Assembly: GCF_038025025.1 (NCBI RefSeq)
Contig: NW_027117347.1
Location: 1,612,001 to 1,676,000 of the forward strand
Length of the DNA stretch: 64,000 bases
Source of the DNA: Phyllosticta citribraziliensis
Lineage: Eukaryota
Direction of reading: 5' to 3'
Shown: positions 13,080 through 24,599 of the stretch, one piece after another
How positions within the stretch are numbered: position 1 is the stretch's first letter
Layout: the number at the start of each line of letters is the position of its first letter
Program-made: the position numbers and the translations under genes
The notes under the pieces: generated by a model
What the model saw: the letters and a program-made list of their open reading frames with translations, nothing else
What the model was told of the DNA's origin: nothing
The model's database searches: none

Positions 13080-13089
13080 GAAATTTTTC
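13080..13089 (+). promoter_or_regulatory. RRPE-like motif GAAATTTTTC upstream of POL5
   Basis: Resembles the ribosome-biogenesis RRPE element and lies about 190 bp upstream of a ribosome-biogenesis gene. Confidence 0.35.
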
Positions 13090-13275
13090 GTGCAGCCGAG
13101 TCTCAAGTCGCGTCTGCCAGTCGCGCGTTGAGCACCTTCACTTGTCGAAACAACTTCACCACGCCCCTACACCGTGTCATGAGACGCGTCTTGTGAAATC
13201 GCCAACCCTCTGTCAAACCGTCCCCCACGTGCGCGTCCTTGTCCTCAAACTACCGCCCAATTCCCACATTACGTC

Positions 13276-16200
13276 ATGGGGCAGAAGAGGAATCTGGAGG
13301 TCGCGGCTCAGGATGCCTCGACCAGCGCGCAAAAGCGTCGCAGGCAATACACGGAGCAAGATGCCAAATTGGCGAGCATTTTCGACCGCCTGGCAGATGA
13401 AGCCAAGGAAACGCGACTTGCTGCTGCCAAAGAGCTTGTGCTCTTGCTCTCGGATGAAGCCACTGCAGACATTGCTAACAAGGTATTGACACGCCTGATT
13501 AGAGGTCTGTGTAGCCCGCGCAAAGCCGCCCGCTCTGGATTCTTCGTTGCCCTCTCCGAGACTTTGCGTCAGCTCTACGGCCCGTCGACAAAAGAAATTC
13601 CAGACTTTGAGCCAAATCTCCACGGTCTGGTGAAATTGGTGGCCGAGCTCACAACCGCCGAGGGCAAGACCAGTGGACAGGTCCGTACTCGCCTCTGATG
13701 GTCTGGAATCGAATACTGACTAGCAACAGGAGAAGAAAGACCACTTGCTTGGTCGCGTGTTCGGATACAAAGCCCTCATCCAGTCCTCCGTCCTCGTACA
13801 ACCCGCGGCGCCCAAAGAATGCTGGGCGAACGTCTTGGAAGAGCTCTACAAAATTTCGCAGCAAAAGTCATGGGTGCGAGAAGAATGCGCAATGATTTTC
13901 TTTGATGCCGTCAAGGCAATCCACGCTGAGAATGGGGAGGAGAAACTCGTGCGGCAGATTGTCGACGGACTTTGCACCCATGGCTTGGCAAAGACACCAG
14001 AGGGTGTTGCCATCTGGCTGACCGTGCAATCAACATTCCCAAAAATGGAGCTTCCCGAGGGCACATGGCACAAGCAGGATCCGCTCTGCACCAAGGAAAG
14101 GCAAACCCTGGCCAACGTGATGAAGGAGAACTTTGCCAAGACACAAGACACTGAAAGTGGAAAAAAGGTCAAGTCTGGAAGCTCGCAGACTACGCTCAGT
14201 TTTGCTTGGGAGGTCGTGATGGTGTCCTTCATGCAAAGACATGGCGCTGGAGAGTCAGGAGTGACTGAATTCTCAAAGTTCTGGACTGATATTGTAGACA
14301 GTAAGTCTGGCCCGCTTGGCTCCACGTGTGGATTGTTTCTAACATTGGACAGACAACCTATTCTCGGCATCGGCGTCTCCCGAGCAAAAATCCAAGGGGC
14401 TCCAGCTCTTTTCAAGAATGCTTGCCAGTGCTCCCCAGTGGGCACTGCTTCCCCTATTCTCCGCAAACCTTATGCGATGCATTATCAACCAACGGAATGG
14501 TTCGGACCGGTACCTACACAAAGCAGCAGTGACCCCCTTGGACGAGATGCGCGCCAGAGTCAAGAGGAATCCAGACGTTGCTGCCTCGATTGTCGAGGGT
14601 CTGATCACAAGACATGGATCGCTCAGCTTTGACAAAATCACAAAGACAAAGACTGTCGAGGGAGTGCTTGGCCACGCTAGTGGACCAGCACTCGAAGAAT
14701 TGGTCGTCTTCTTCGAGCGCCTAATCTACCGACCCAGCGACGGGGACGAAAAGGCGGTCGAGGCGTACCGCCGCACCATTTCTGATATGCTGGTATCATT
14801 GGTCAGAAGTCGGAACTTGGAAAACCAAATCGGGAAAGATGAATGGCTGCGAACGTTGCTTGACGTCTTCACCAGGCTCGCCTACTTTTCGCCCACTGGA
14901 TCTTCCAAGGCGCAAGATGTGCCAGTGCCATCCATCTCCGAGGCCTCTAGGACCATGTTCCAGCAACGCTTGTCTTCGTGTCTCGCGCATCTCCTCTCTT
15001 CAAAACTCGATACCGAGATGATATATCCAGTGTTGGTGGTGACTGCTATCCAGAACCACAGCGCGTCGGAGACTCTGTCTCTTGCTTTCAAGGCTGAAAA
15101 GAGTATTTCAAAGGCGGTGAAGCAGGCTCACAAGCTATTGAGTGAAGTCTCGACCAAGGTAAGCCGGCTCACGGCCACGCGTTGGAGCAATGCTAATTAT
15201 TCAACAGGAAGCCAAGGCAAAAGAGAAGAAGAAGCCAGCACTCAGAGCCTTCAAACTTCTCTTTTCACTCACCATTATCCAGGTGTACAATGGCGATGCC
15301 GATGCCGTTATGATCCTCGAAGAACTTTCCGAGTGCTACGGCGCGGCCTTCCAAAAAGGTGAAAAGGATGCCAATGCTTTCCAACTACTGACGGAAGTGA
15401 TTCTCGGCTTTGCCTCTAGACCTTCGGTGTTGTTTCGGAAGCTCGCTGAGCAAGTTTTCACTGTGTTTGCATCGGAGCTTACCCCTGAAGGCTTGCAATC
15501 GATGATTGAGATTTTGGAGAAGAAGGAGAGCGCGTCCGGGCAACAGGATTTGTTTGATCAGCAGGGCAGCGACGTGGAGGAAGAGGGCGAGGAAGATGAA
15601 GAGGATGAAGAGGTGGATTCGGATGTGGAGGTGGTGGACGCCGACGGGTCTGACGTGGAGATGGCCGAGAATGAGTCGGAAGACGCTGAATCAGGGGATG
15701 ATGAAGCTGGGGACGGAGACTCCGATGACGAGGAGCTCCAAAGGTTCGACGCCTTACTTGCCGACACGCTCAAGACGTCAGCCCCGAACGGCACAGGAGA
15801 GGACGAGAACAACTCGGACGACGATGACGCAGACATGGACGATGACGAAATGATGGCTCTCGAGCCCCACCTGACGAAGATCTTCCAAGAGCGGAAAAAA
15901 GAAAACAGCAAGAAGAAGGAAAACAAAGACGCAAAAGAAAACATGATCAACTTCAAAAACCGGGTCCTGGATCTGCTCTTCATCTACGTCAAACAGCAGC
16001 ACAGCAACCCGCTCGCCATGGACATCATCATGCCCTTGCTGCAGCTCATTCGCACCACGACCACGAAGCAAGTCAGCGAAAAGGCCGCCAACCTCCTCAA
16101 ACAGTACTTTGAGGTGGCAAAGAAGGGCATGCCAGAGCCAGCCGAGACGGCTCCTGTCTGGGCTTTGCTGAAGGATGTTCACGGCGAGGCGGCCAAGGAC

Positions 16201-16410
16201 GCCTCGAAGCTGTTTGCCGGAGCCTGTAGCCGGGCAAGTCTCTTCTTGGCCAAGATTCTGGTGACCAAGAAGGACAAGAACTTTAAGAAGGTGGTGGACG
16301 TGTACGCGGAGACTATGAAGCAGAGGCACGAGGATTCCAACTCGAAGCTTCATCCGTCCTTTTTCGTCGAGTGGGTCAACTGGAGCTTTGCGCCGAAGAA
16401 GCAAAAGTAG
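13276..16410 (+). CDS. POL5: DNA polymerase phi / rDNA transcription and ribosome biogenesis factor Pol5 (MYBBP1A family)
   Basis: LTRLIRGLCSPRKAARSGFFVALSE, GRVFGYKALIQS, an acidic tract, then MDDDEMMALEPHLTKIFQERK...NFKNRVLDLL. Introns at 13681-13729, 14301-14352 and 15159-15207. Confidence 0.92.
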
Positions 16411-16857
16411 GGGTCTCGTAGATCAAAATGGAGTCGGATTGCTGTATGCGTGCCGAACGGCGGAGTGCTCGTTTACTGTTTGTGAAGGTTGAAATCTCAC
16501 TGTTGCTCTTGCGATAGGAAGTCATCGTATATAGTCAGTGGAGCGTCCAATATATTATGTGTGTACCAAAAAAGCTTGAGTACTCCTACTGCTTTTCAAC
16601 ACTGTAACGCATCTACCTACTCTTTCAACTGCATGGAAGCTTCTTCTCAAAGCAGCATAGGCCTGTTGAGATTCTGCAGGAGTTTATTTGAGCAAACACA
16701 TTGGTCAAACGTGATTGGGCAGGGATTACACGTAGTCGCGTGGTAAGCGTCATGGTCGCGGCTGCCCCGCCGCCGCGATTTCGGCAGACCCCAACTCCAG
16801 GCGTCAGCTACACCTAGACTCCTCCAACCCTTCCAATCACCACGAGCTGTGCAGAAC

Positions 16858-19427
16858 ATGGCTTGTAAACACGTCGACGCCCCAGGTATTTGATCTCATC
16901 CCCACGCGCAGCTCACACGTTGACAATGGCCAGAGCTCCGGGCTCCGGGCCCAACCCAGTCTGTTTACCGCGAAGACTGCACGCAGTGCTTCGACTCGAT
17001 TGTGAGCCTGGCTTCACCTTGCCTCGCCGCCTTCGGCCTCGCGGCTAACGCGTCTGATTCAGGAGGATCCGAGCGGCCTCGACGTCTGCCTGTACTGCTT
17101 CAACGGCGGCTGCACTGCTGAGCGCAACCACGCCCTGCTCCACCACCAAACGCGCAAACACCCGCTCGTCGTCAACATCAAGCGCACGCGGAAGAAGGTC
17201 AAGCGCGATGAGCCCCCGCAGAAGATGTCCAAGCTCGCCATCGCCGCCGAGACGGAAGCCGATCGCTACGATACCACGACGCGGGTCAAGTGCTACGAAT
17301 GCGGCGTCGACGACGTGGACAAGACGGCGGGCAAGCTGCCGCAGGTGGTGGACGCGGTGCTCAAAGCAAATACGTTTGCGAGACAGGAGGAGGTCAAGGC
17401 TTGGGAGCAAGAGATGATTCCGTGTGAGCACACGCTGTGTCTGGAACAGGACGCGTCGAGGACGATTGCGAGCCAGGACCTGGGCCACTGCTCCATGTGC
17501 GATCTGAAGGAGAATCTCTGGCTCTGCCTGACTTGCGGCAACCTTGGATGTGGACGCGCACAATTTGGTGGCATTGGAGGAAACTCGCACGGCTTGGCTC
17601 ACACGGACTCCAGTGGCCATCCGGTAGCGGTCAAGCTTGGCTCCTTGACTGCTGACGGAACGGCTGACATTTACTGCTACGCGTGCAACGAGGAGCGCGT
17701 GGACCCTGAGCTGGTCTCCCACCTTGCAAATTGGGGTATCGACATTGCAAGTCGGCAGAAGACGGAAAAGAGCTTGACGGAGATGCAGATCGAGCAAAAC
17801 TTGAGGTGGGAGTTTTCCATGCAGACGGAGGATGGCAAGGAACTCAAGCCCTTGTTCGGACCCGGTTTCACTGGATTGAAGAACCTGGGCAACAGCTGCT
17901 ATCTGGCCAGCGTTCTGCAGGCCCTGTTCGCCATGCCCGAGTTCCAGCAGCGCTACTACCATCCCGACGAGCAGCCACCGCAGGCGGATGAGCCCGCACA
18001 GGACCTGGAGACGCAGCTGCGCAAGATGGCCGATGGACTGCTTTCTGGCCGCTACTCCAAGCCCGACAGCGACGTCATCGTATCAGAAAACACTCCCGAG
18101 GTTCCTCACCAAAAGGGTCTGGCACCGGCAATGCTGAAGCATTTGATTGGACGTGGACACGCCGAGTTTTCCACCATGAGGCAGCAGGACTCGTTTGAGC
18201 TTTTGCTCCACCTCCTCAAGCTCGTCACCCGGTCCCAGCATGTGGCTCCCCTCAAGGACCCCGTTGACGCGTTTCGGTTTGCCATGGAGCAGAGGTTACA
18301 GTGCATCAATTGCAAAAAGGTCAGCTACAGGACGGACGAAATGGAAAACATTTCTATCCCGGTACCCATCAGGAGAATACCCAAGGACGACAAGATGGAC
18401 ATTACGGATGCTGAAGGCAAGGAAAAGGCAAAGGAGGAGTTTGAGCCGGTCACTCTCAAGGAGTGTCTGGACATTTTCACTGCCGTCGAGGCTGTCGAGC
18501 TAACGTGCGCTGCCTGCGGCAGCAAAGACGGCTTCACAAAGCAGAGCCTGTTCAAGACTTTCCCCGACATCATGGCAGTCAATGCGCGCCGCTTCGAGCT
18601 TGTCAACTGGGTGCCGACTAAGCTCGACGTGCCCGTGGTCGTTGGCGACGAGGCCATCAACTTTGACTCGTACAAGTCTGGTGGACTGCGAGACGGAGAA
18701 GAGCTGTTGCCAGAGGACGCCGACACGGGGTCGTCGACCAAGTTTGTGCCCAACGAGACGGCGCTGGCCATGCTGGAAGCCATGGGATTCCCACGCGTCC
18801 GCTGCGAAAAGGCGCTGCACGCCACGGGCAACGCGGACCCCGAAGCGGCATCCAACTGGCTCTTTGGCCACATGGACGACCCAGACATTGACACGCCGGT
18901 CGACCTGGATGGCGGAAGCAGCGGAGGATCGGGGGCGGTGGACCCCGAGAAGATAGAATCGCTTGGAGCCATGGGCTTTGGGCCTCCGCAGGCGCGTCAA
19001 GCGCTCAAGGAGACGGGCGGCGACATGGAGCGCGCGGTGGACTGGCTCTTCAACCACCCGGAAGCGACGGGCGACTTTGGCGACGACGACGCGGGCGCTG
19101 ACGGTGGAGCTGCTGCTGCTGCGGCGGCGCCCAAGGAGAAGAGAGAGCCGGGCAGCGGGGCGCTGCCGGCCAACTTCCAGCTGCACAGCATTGTGTGTCA
19201 CAAAGGCAGCTCGATTCACGCGGGGTAGGTTCAGCCCCATGACGTTTGGGCGAGCAGGCGGGCACAGCTAACATTGTTGCAGGCACTACGTCGCGTTCAT
19301 TCGCAAGCAGATTCCAGGCGTCGACGAGACGTCTTGGGTCCTATTCAACGACGAAAAAGTAGCCCAGGCGGCTGATGTCGACGAGATGAAGAAGTTTGCA
19401 TACGTCTACTTTTTCCGCCGCGTTTGA
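16858..19427 (+). CDS. UBP14: Ubiquitin C-terminal hydrolase 14 (USP5/isopeptidase T orthologue)
   Basis: MACKHV start; VYREDCTQCFDS; ZnF-UBP LWLCLTCGNLGCGR; Cys box GLKNLGNSCYLAS; two UBA domains; His box HKGSSIHAGHYVAF; ends AYVYFFRRV*. Three GT-AG introns. Confidence 0.96.
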
Positions 19428-20076
19428 GGCGTAGGGTAGGGTAGGGGAGCGGGCAAGGAAAGGCGCAGATGGGCATTGGTGTGGGCGGGTGGGTGGGTGA
19501 GGCTAGCGTTAAAGCCGAAGGAGCATGGACTGGATGGACTGGATGGACTGCTGTTCGGGGTCGCGGTGTCGGGGTTTCGGACGTGAGGTGTCGCTTTGGT
19601 TGGCTGGTGGGTGCGAGATGCATGCTGAGAGTGCGGTCGACTCTCGATCGCAGGCAGGCGTTGGGCGAAGAGGTAGATGCACACGACGAGATCAATTCGA
19701 GTGGTTGACGACGGCGATTCCGCTTGATGGCCGCAATGGCTGGAGTAATTGCAGCGGTGCGATTTGGCAGGGCGTTGTGTTGAGGTCGAGTGTAGGTTGT
19801 GCACGTTCACAAGGTCGCCACCTGTGCAGGGGAGTGGCAGGCCGAAGTTATGACTTAATCGGCTTGGCCGAGACCGCCGCGCCGAGAGCCCGCCCGCCCG
19901 TCATCCTCTCAAATAATCAAAGGGCACAGCAGCACCTCTCTTCACACCTCAGTTCTCGACATCCGCTCAACGAACACTTCAACACGACAACACGACCTCA
20001 GCCTCTGCATCAACCAAACCACCTGCAATCGCCTCGTACACCCTACAGCAAACCCGTCGACACCTCCATCATCGTC

Positions 20077-21039
20077 ATGTTCAGAAGAGTCCTTGCGACC
20101 GCGCCTGCCTCGGCCGGCAAGCTCGTCGCCTCGGCCGCCAGACCTCAGATTGCCTCGCCGCTGCTGCAGCGGACAGGCGCCCCGGCCGTGGGCGGCGCTG
20201 TCGTCGCTCGCCGGAGCTACCACGAGAAAGATGAGTTGCCCTCCTGCTCCTCTTGATGCGACGCGGTCGCTGCGCTGGCTGCGTGGCGGGCGCCTCTGCA
20301 TCGCAGCGCTTTTGCCGAATCTTCGCCCCTCACGCACCTCACTCGCTCACACCCCTCTCTCCACACCCACCTTTGCACCATGCCGTTCCCCAGTTCCGCT
20401 CAGCAGCTAACAGCCTCAGCACTGCTCGACCACTACAACCGGCCGCGCAACGTGGGCAGCATGTCCAAGAACGACGGCGACGTGGGGACGGGCCTGGTGG
20501 GCGCGCCGGCCTGCGGCGACGTCATGAAGCTGCAGATCCGCGTCGACCCGGACTCCAACACCATCAGCGACGTCAAGTTCAAGACGTTTGGCTGCGGCTC
20601 CGCCATCGCCAGCTCCAGCTACCTGACCGAGCTCGTCCGCGGCATGACGCTCGAGCAGGCCGCCCGCATCAAGAACACCGAGATTGCGAAGGAGCTGTGC
20701 TTGCCGCCTGTTAAGCGTGAGTTTTTTCTCCCTCCTTTCTTTCCCTGTCCATCATCATCATCATCATCTTCTTCTTCTTCTTTTTCCGTTGTTCGTTTGT
20801 GCGCCGGTCGAGGGGCCGTCGTATCGCGAGGTCGTTCGGATTGCTGACATTCTTCGCCGCCAGTCCACTGCTCCATGCTCGCCGAAGACGCCATCAAGTC
20901 GGCCATCTCAAACTACTACACCAAGAACCCCAAGGCGCGCGCCACGGACCTCGGCGGCACCGGCGCACCGCTGCCCAAGGTCGAGATCGAGACCGTGACC
21001 GAGTCGCCCAAGGCGGCCACCGCTTCTGCCAATGCGTAA
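20077..21039 (+). CDS. ISU1: Mitochondrial iron-sulfur cluster scaffold protein IscU/Isu1
   Basis: Presequence MFRRVLATA...RRSYHEK, then VLDHYNRPRNVGS...GLVGAPACGDVMKLQI...KTFGCGSAIASSS...LPPVKLHCSMLAEDAIKSA. Intron 1 is AT-AC (20231-20422); intron 2 is GT-AG (about 20717-20863). Confidence 0.96.
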
Positions 21040-22233
21040 GCCAAGCAAAGCAAATCCGAAGGAAGAAAAAAACGAAAATCCCAGAAAAAAGGCGTGGCGG
21101 CCGTCGTCGATGAGCGCCGGCTGGGCTGAAGAGAAAATTGGTGGAGCGTCTGGAGGCGATGAGATCATGTTTCCCTATTCTTTCCCTTTTCTTCTCTAGG
21201 TCTTTTACCTCCTCTTTCCCCGCCGACGTAACCTGGGAAGACGCGCGAGCTTTGCGGCGGGCGAAGAGCGCAACGAACAGAGCGCACACACGAGCGAAAC
21301 ACTCGCTTTTGATTGTCGAAATCGGCCAATCGATCAACAGCGGCGGCGACAGTCCTGGCGGTAGACGATAACCTGGCACGCGTGGCCGTCGACGCCCTTC
21401 TCTCTTCTTCCCCCCTTTTCTCCTTGTACCACCAACCACTACAGTAGTCACCCTAGGCGTTCATCCTGTGTTTGCTTTTCCTCCTTTTCCTCTGCCGTTC
21501 GTGGGTTTTTGCTTTCGGCGCCTACCTATTCCTTTTTCCTGGATTTTTGACGGCCGACTGGCTCGTGGCGTGCAGGCGCTGGAGCGACGGCGGCGGCGGC
21601 GGCGGTGGTGGTAGTGGTGCGCATCGTCGCACATTCGGCCAGTTGAGCAGCAGACGCGTTCTGCGCTGAATGAACGCACGAAAGGAGGGATAGATGGAAC
21701 CGTTCGAATGACGCGTTCGGGGGAGTATATGGGACGGTCGGACGGTTGGATGGCTGGCTACCTCTCTACCTAGGTGCCCTGTCTGTCTGCCTTTTTTCGC
21801 CATGCAATGAAGAAAGTTATAAACCGTCATGTACGCAGCTGCAGTCTGAGCCGCGCGTGGGTGTGTGAAATGACCGTGACCAAAATTCTGCCCAAAGTGT
21901 AGCCCCACGACGATGGCGTGAGTGAGTGATTGAGTGGGTGGATGGATGACTGAGCGAAAACCAAAACAGCAGCAGCAGGATCGCGGGACGGGCAGGCGGG
22001 CAACCGGCACATTTATACGGACGGACGGACAGGGAGATGAGGCGAGGCAAGGCGAAGCAGGAGCATGCGTGGCACCATGGGACAATAGGTAGGTATTCTA
22101 GGCACGGCAGGACTACCACCAGCACCAGCTGAGCATCACGCCACCAGCAGCAATCCACCAAGGTAACTGATCAGAACACGCCGGAGAGTCAGGCAGGCAG
22201 GCAGGCAGACAGGCGCAGGGCGGTAAGGCCAAC

Positions 22234-22315
22234 ATCTGATAAATGTGGTATCTGATGGAGGGGTACTGTAGCTGTAAGGTTTAAGGGGGCGGGCGGGGGG
22301 CTAAGGTTATCTGAT
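22234..22315. promoter_or_regulatory. Cluster of three SreA/Urbs1/Fep1-type GATA motifs (ATCWGATAA)
   Basis: ATCTGATAA at 22234-22242; TATCTGAT at 22249-22256 (ATCAGATA on minus); TTATCTGAT at 22307-22315 (ATCAGATAA on minus). Confidence 0.6.
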
Positions 22316-23486
22316 GCTGGTGGGCTGTGGAGTACCTACTCTGTTATATAGAGACGGGGGTATCTTTTTTTCGTTTCTCCATGACTTCCTTCACATTTTC
22401 TCCCTGCCATCTTTTCTCACGCCCTACCTATACCCATACCTATACCCTTGCCCATATTCCCATACTCGATGCTCTCCCTCCTCTCTCCTCACCTCCCTTA
22501 TCCCCCCATCCCCCATCCCCCATCCCCCCACCTCATCATCATCATCATCCCAACCCTTCCAAGAAAAACTCACCGCACGCCTGCCCGCCGATCACCCCTC
22601 CCCTCACCCAATCACGCCGCACCCATTATACCACTCGCGCGCGCGGCCGCCAGCTCACCGCCTACAGAGTCATGCAGCGGGCGCCGGTGTCGCTGCCTGC
22701 CGCCGTCGCACGTGCGTAGAATTCTTACCTTGTGTAAGGTACTATGCAGTCTTCTTGTGCAGCGCGGCATAAAAAAGCTTGGTTCGGCTTCGGCCGCTCG
22801 GCGGGGATTTCTTTTTACCTCTGTAGTTGTGTGGATTGAAATTGTGACTTGTGCGCGGCCGGGGCTACCTACCTTGGAGAGTAGTGGTGAGTAGTGGTGA
22901 GTACCTACATACCTGGCAGAGTGGCAAGGTGGAGAGGGAGCCAGGTGTGTACGCATGCCAAGGGCGTGGGTAAGAGAGAGATAGATGGTAGGGGTGAATA
23001 GAGGGGTTTGAAGTAGGTTTGAGTGGGCATCGAGGTGGAGGGGATAGAGGTGGCCAAGGCAAGGCAAGGTAAGGACGGAAGGAAATGTCGGGTCAGGCTA
23101 GATTGGCCGTGGGGTGCTTGTATACCTAGGAGCAAGAGAGATGTATATATTTATATACATGTGGGTAGAAAGTGGTGGTGATGGCACCTCTTATCTACAT
23201 TGCCTGCTTCTCGGCTGTCTCTGTAGCTAACGAGCAGTACTCAAGTATTTGCATTGTGTCTGTTGTTTAGACAAGAGTTGCAGTGTCTACTCGCATAAAT
23301 CTTCGTTCATGCATGGCGCGGACTGAGGCCAATCTTGTTTGATTCATTTGATGCTTTTTCAAATTCTCGCCGTCACACGAAGATAAAAGTACTGGTCATA
23401 ATGAGAAAAATGGGAAACTGCACGCTCAAATGCTCACACGGTGCTCGCGCCCAGGAATGGAAAATTCGATAGGGAAGAACTCAAGA

Positions 23487-24599
23487 CTACCGCTTCAGCG
23501 CCGCAAACCTCCTCGCCAACTCATCGACGTCGGGAATCTTACCGCCAGGCCCATCATCCGCCTTTTTGCTCTTTCTAGCCTCGTCGCCCGCCTCCTCGAG
23601 TTTCTTGGCCGCGCGGCTGGCGCCGCCCGACGGCGCGCGCTTCAGCTCCGGCGGGCCCGGCAGCTTGACCTTGGGCGCGACGTTCTCGGAGCTGGGGCTG
23701 GGCGGCGCGACGCGCAGCGGGCTGGCGGGGCCCAGCTTCTTGGGCGGCGTCGCTTTGGCCAGGTCTTCCGTCTCGAGCGGCGCCTCGAGTACCTTTTGCT
23801 TGTGGCCGTCGGACGGCTCGTCGTCGTCGTTGTCGTCGTTGTCGTCGGCCCCGTTCTGCGTCTCGTCCTCGTCCTCGTCGAACCCCGGTATACTGACGCC
23901 GTAGGCGCGCGCTATCTCACGCATGTACGCGTCGACCAGCTCGTCCGACGGCGTCTCGACGCGCAACTTCTTCAGCACGCGCTCTGCGACCCCTGTGCCC
24001 TCCATCGCGCTGAGCGCAAAGTCCTTGCCGAACTTGTCGACCAAGAGAGCGCGCGCGGCGTGCAGCTCTTTGACTTCGGTCCGCGGTGCGGCGTAGATGA
24101 GCGAGCGGACGGCTTCTTCGAGGCCCGGGTCGCAGGTGGAGGACGAGGACGAGCTGGACGGACGCAGCGACGGCGAGGCGTTGGCGGGCGGGTCGAGCAG
24201 CTGGGACCGCGCGAGCAGCAGCTCGCAGTACAGTTCGAGGATTTCGTGCAGTTCGGTGGTTATGTCGCTGCGGATGATGTTTTCGATGCGGATTCGCGCG
24301 CTTTCGAGTTTGCCTTGCTGGGTCGGATTAGTTGGGTTGCCTGTGTTGCGGTGGATGGCTGCTTTTTCGGCCAGAATTCCTGATAGTTCAGGCGGGCAAG
24401 GGACAGACGGACTTCAAGGAGTTGGGCCATGGCACGGCGTGATTGTTTTGCGAGGGCAATGTCTTTTTGTTGCACCATGCGGAGTCGGGATATTGAGAGC
24501 TTCAGCTGGACTTTGAGCTTGGACTGCGTCGGTCGTCAGCGACGTGCAGGAGTCGGATTGGAGGTAAGTACTTGCAACAAGGGACGAGGGAGGAGCCAT
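23487..24599 (-). CDS. IST1: ESCRT-III-associated vacuolar sorting protein Ist1 (DUF292)
   Basis: MAPPSSLV|SKLKVQLKLSISRLRMVQQK...LLE|QGKLESARIRIENIIRSD...ELHEILELYCELLLAR...LEEAVRSLIYAAPRTEVKEL; C-terminal MIM-like PDVDELARRFAALKR*. Intron 1 is GC-AG. Confidence 0.92.

Noticed and set aside
19432..19446. (TAGGG)n resembling a Homol-E box or telomeric repeat
   Set aside because: It lies immediately after the UBP14 stop among other simple repeats, is not TTAGGG, and is not at a ribosomal-protein promoter.
24562..24570. TACTTACCT on the minus strand, like the U1 snRNA 5' end
   Set aside because: It lies inside a 52-nt intron, and no U1 stem-loops or Sm site follow.
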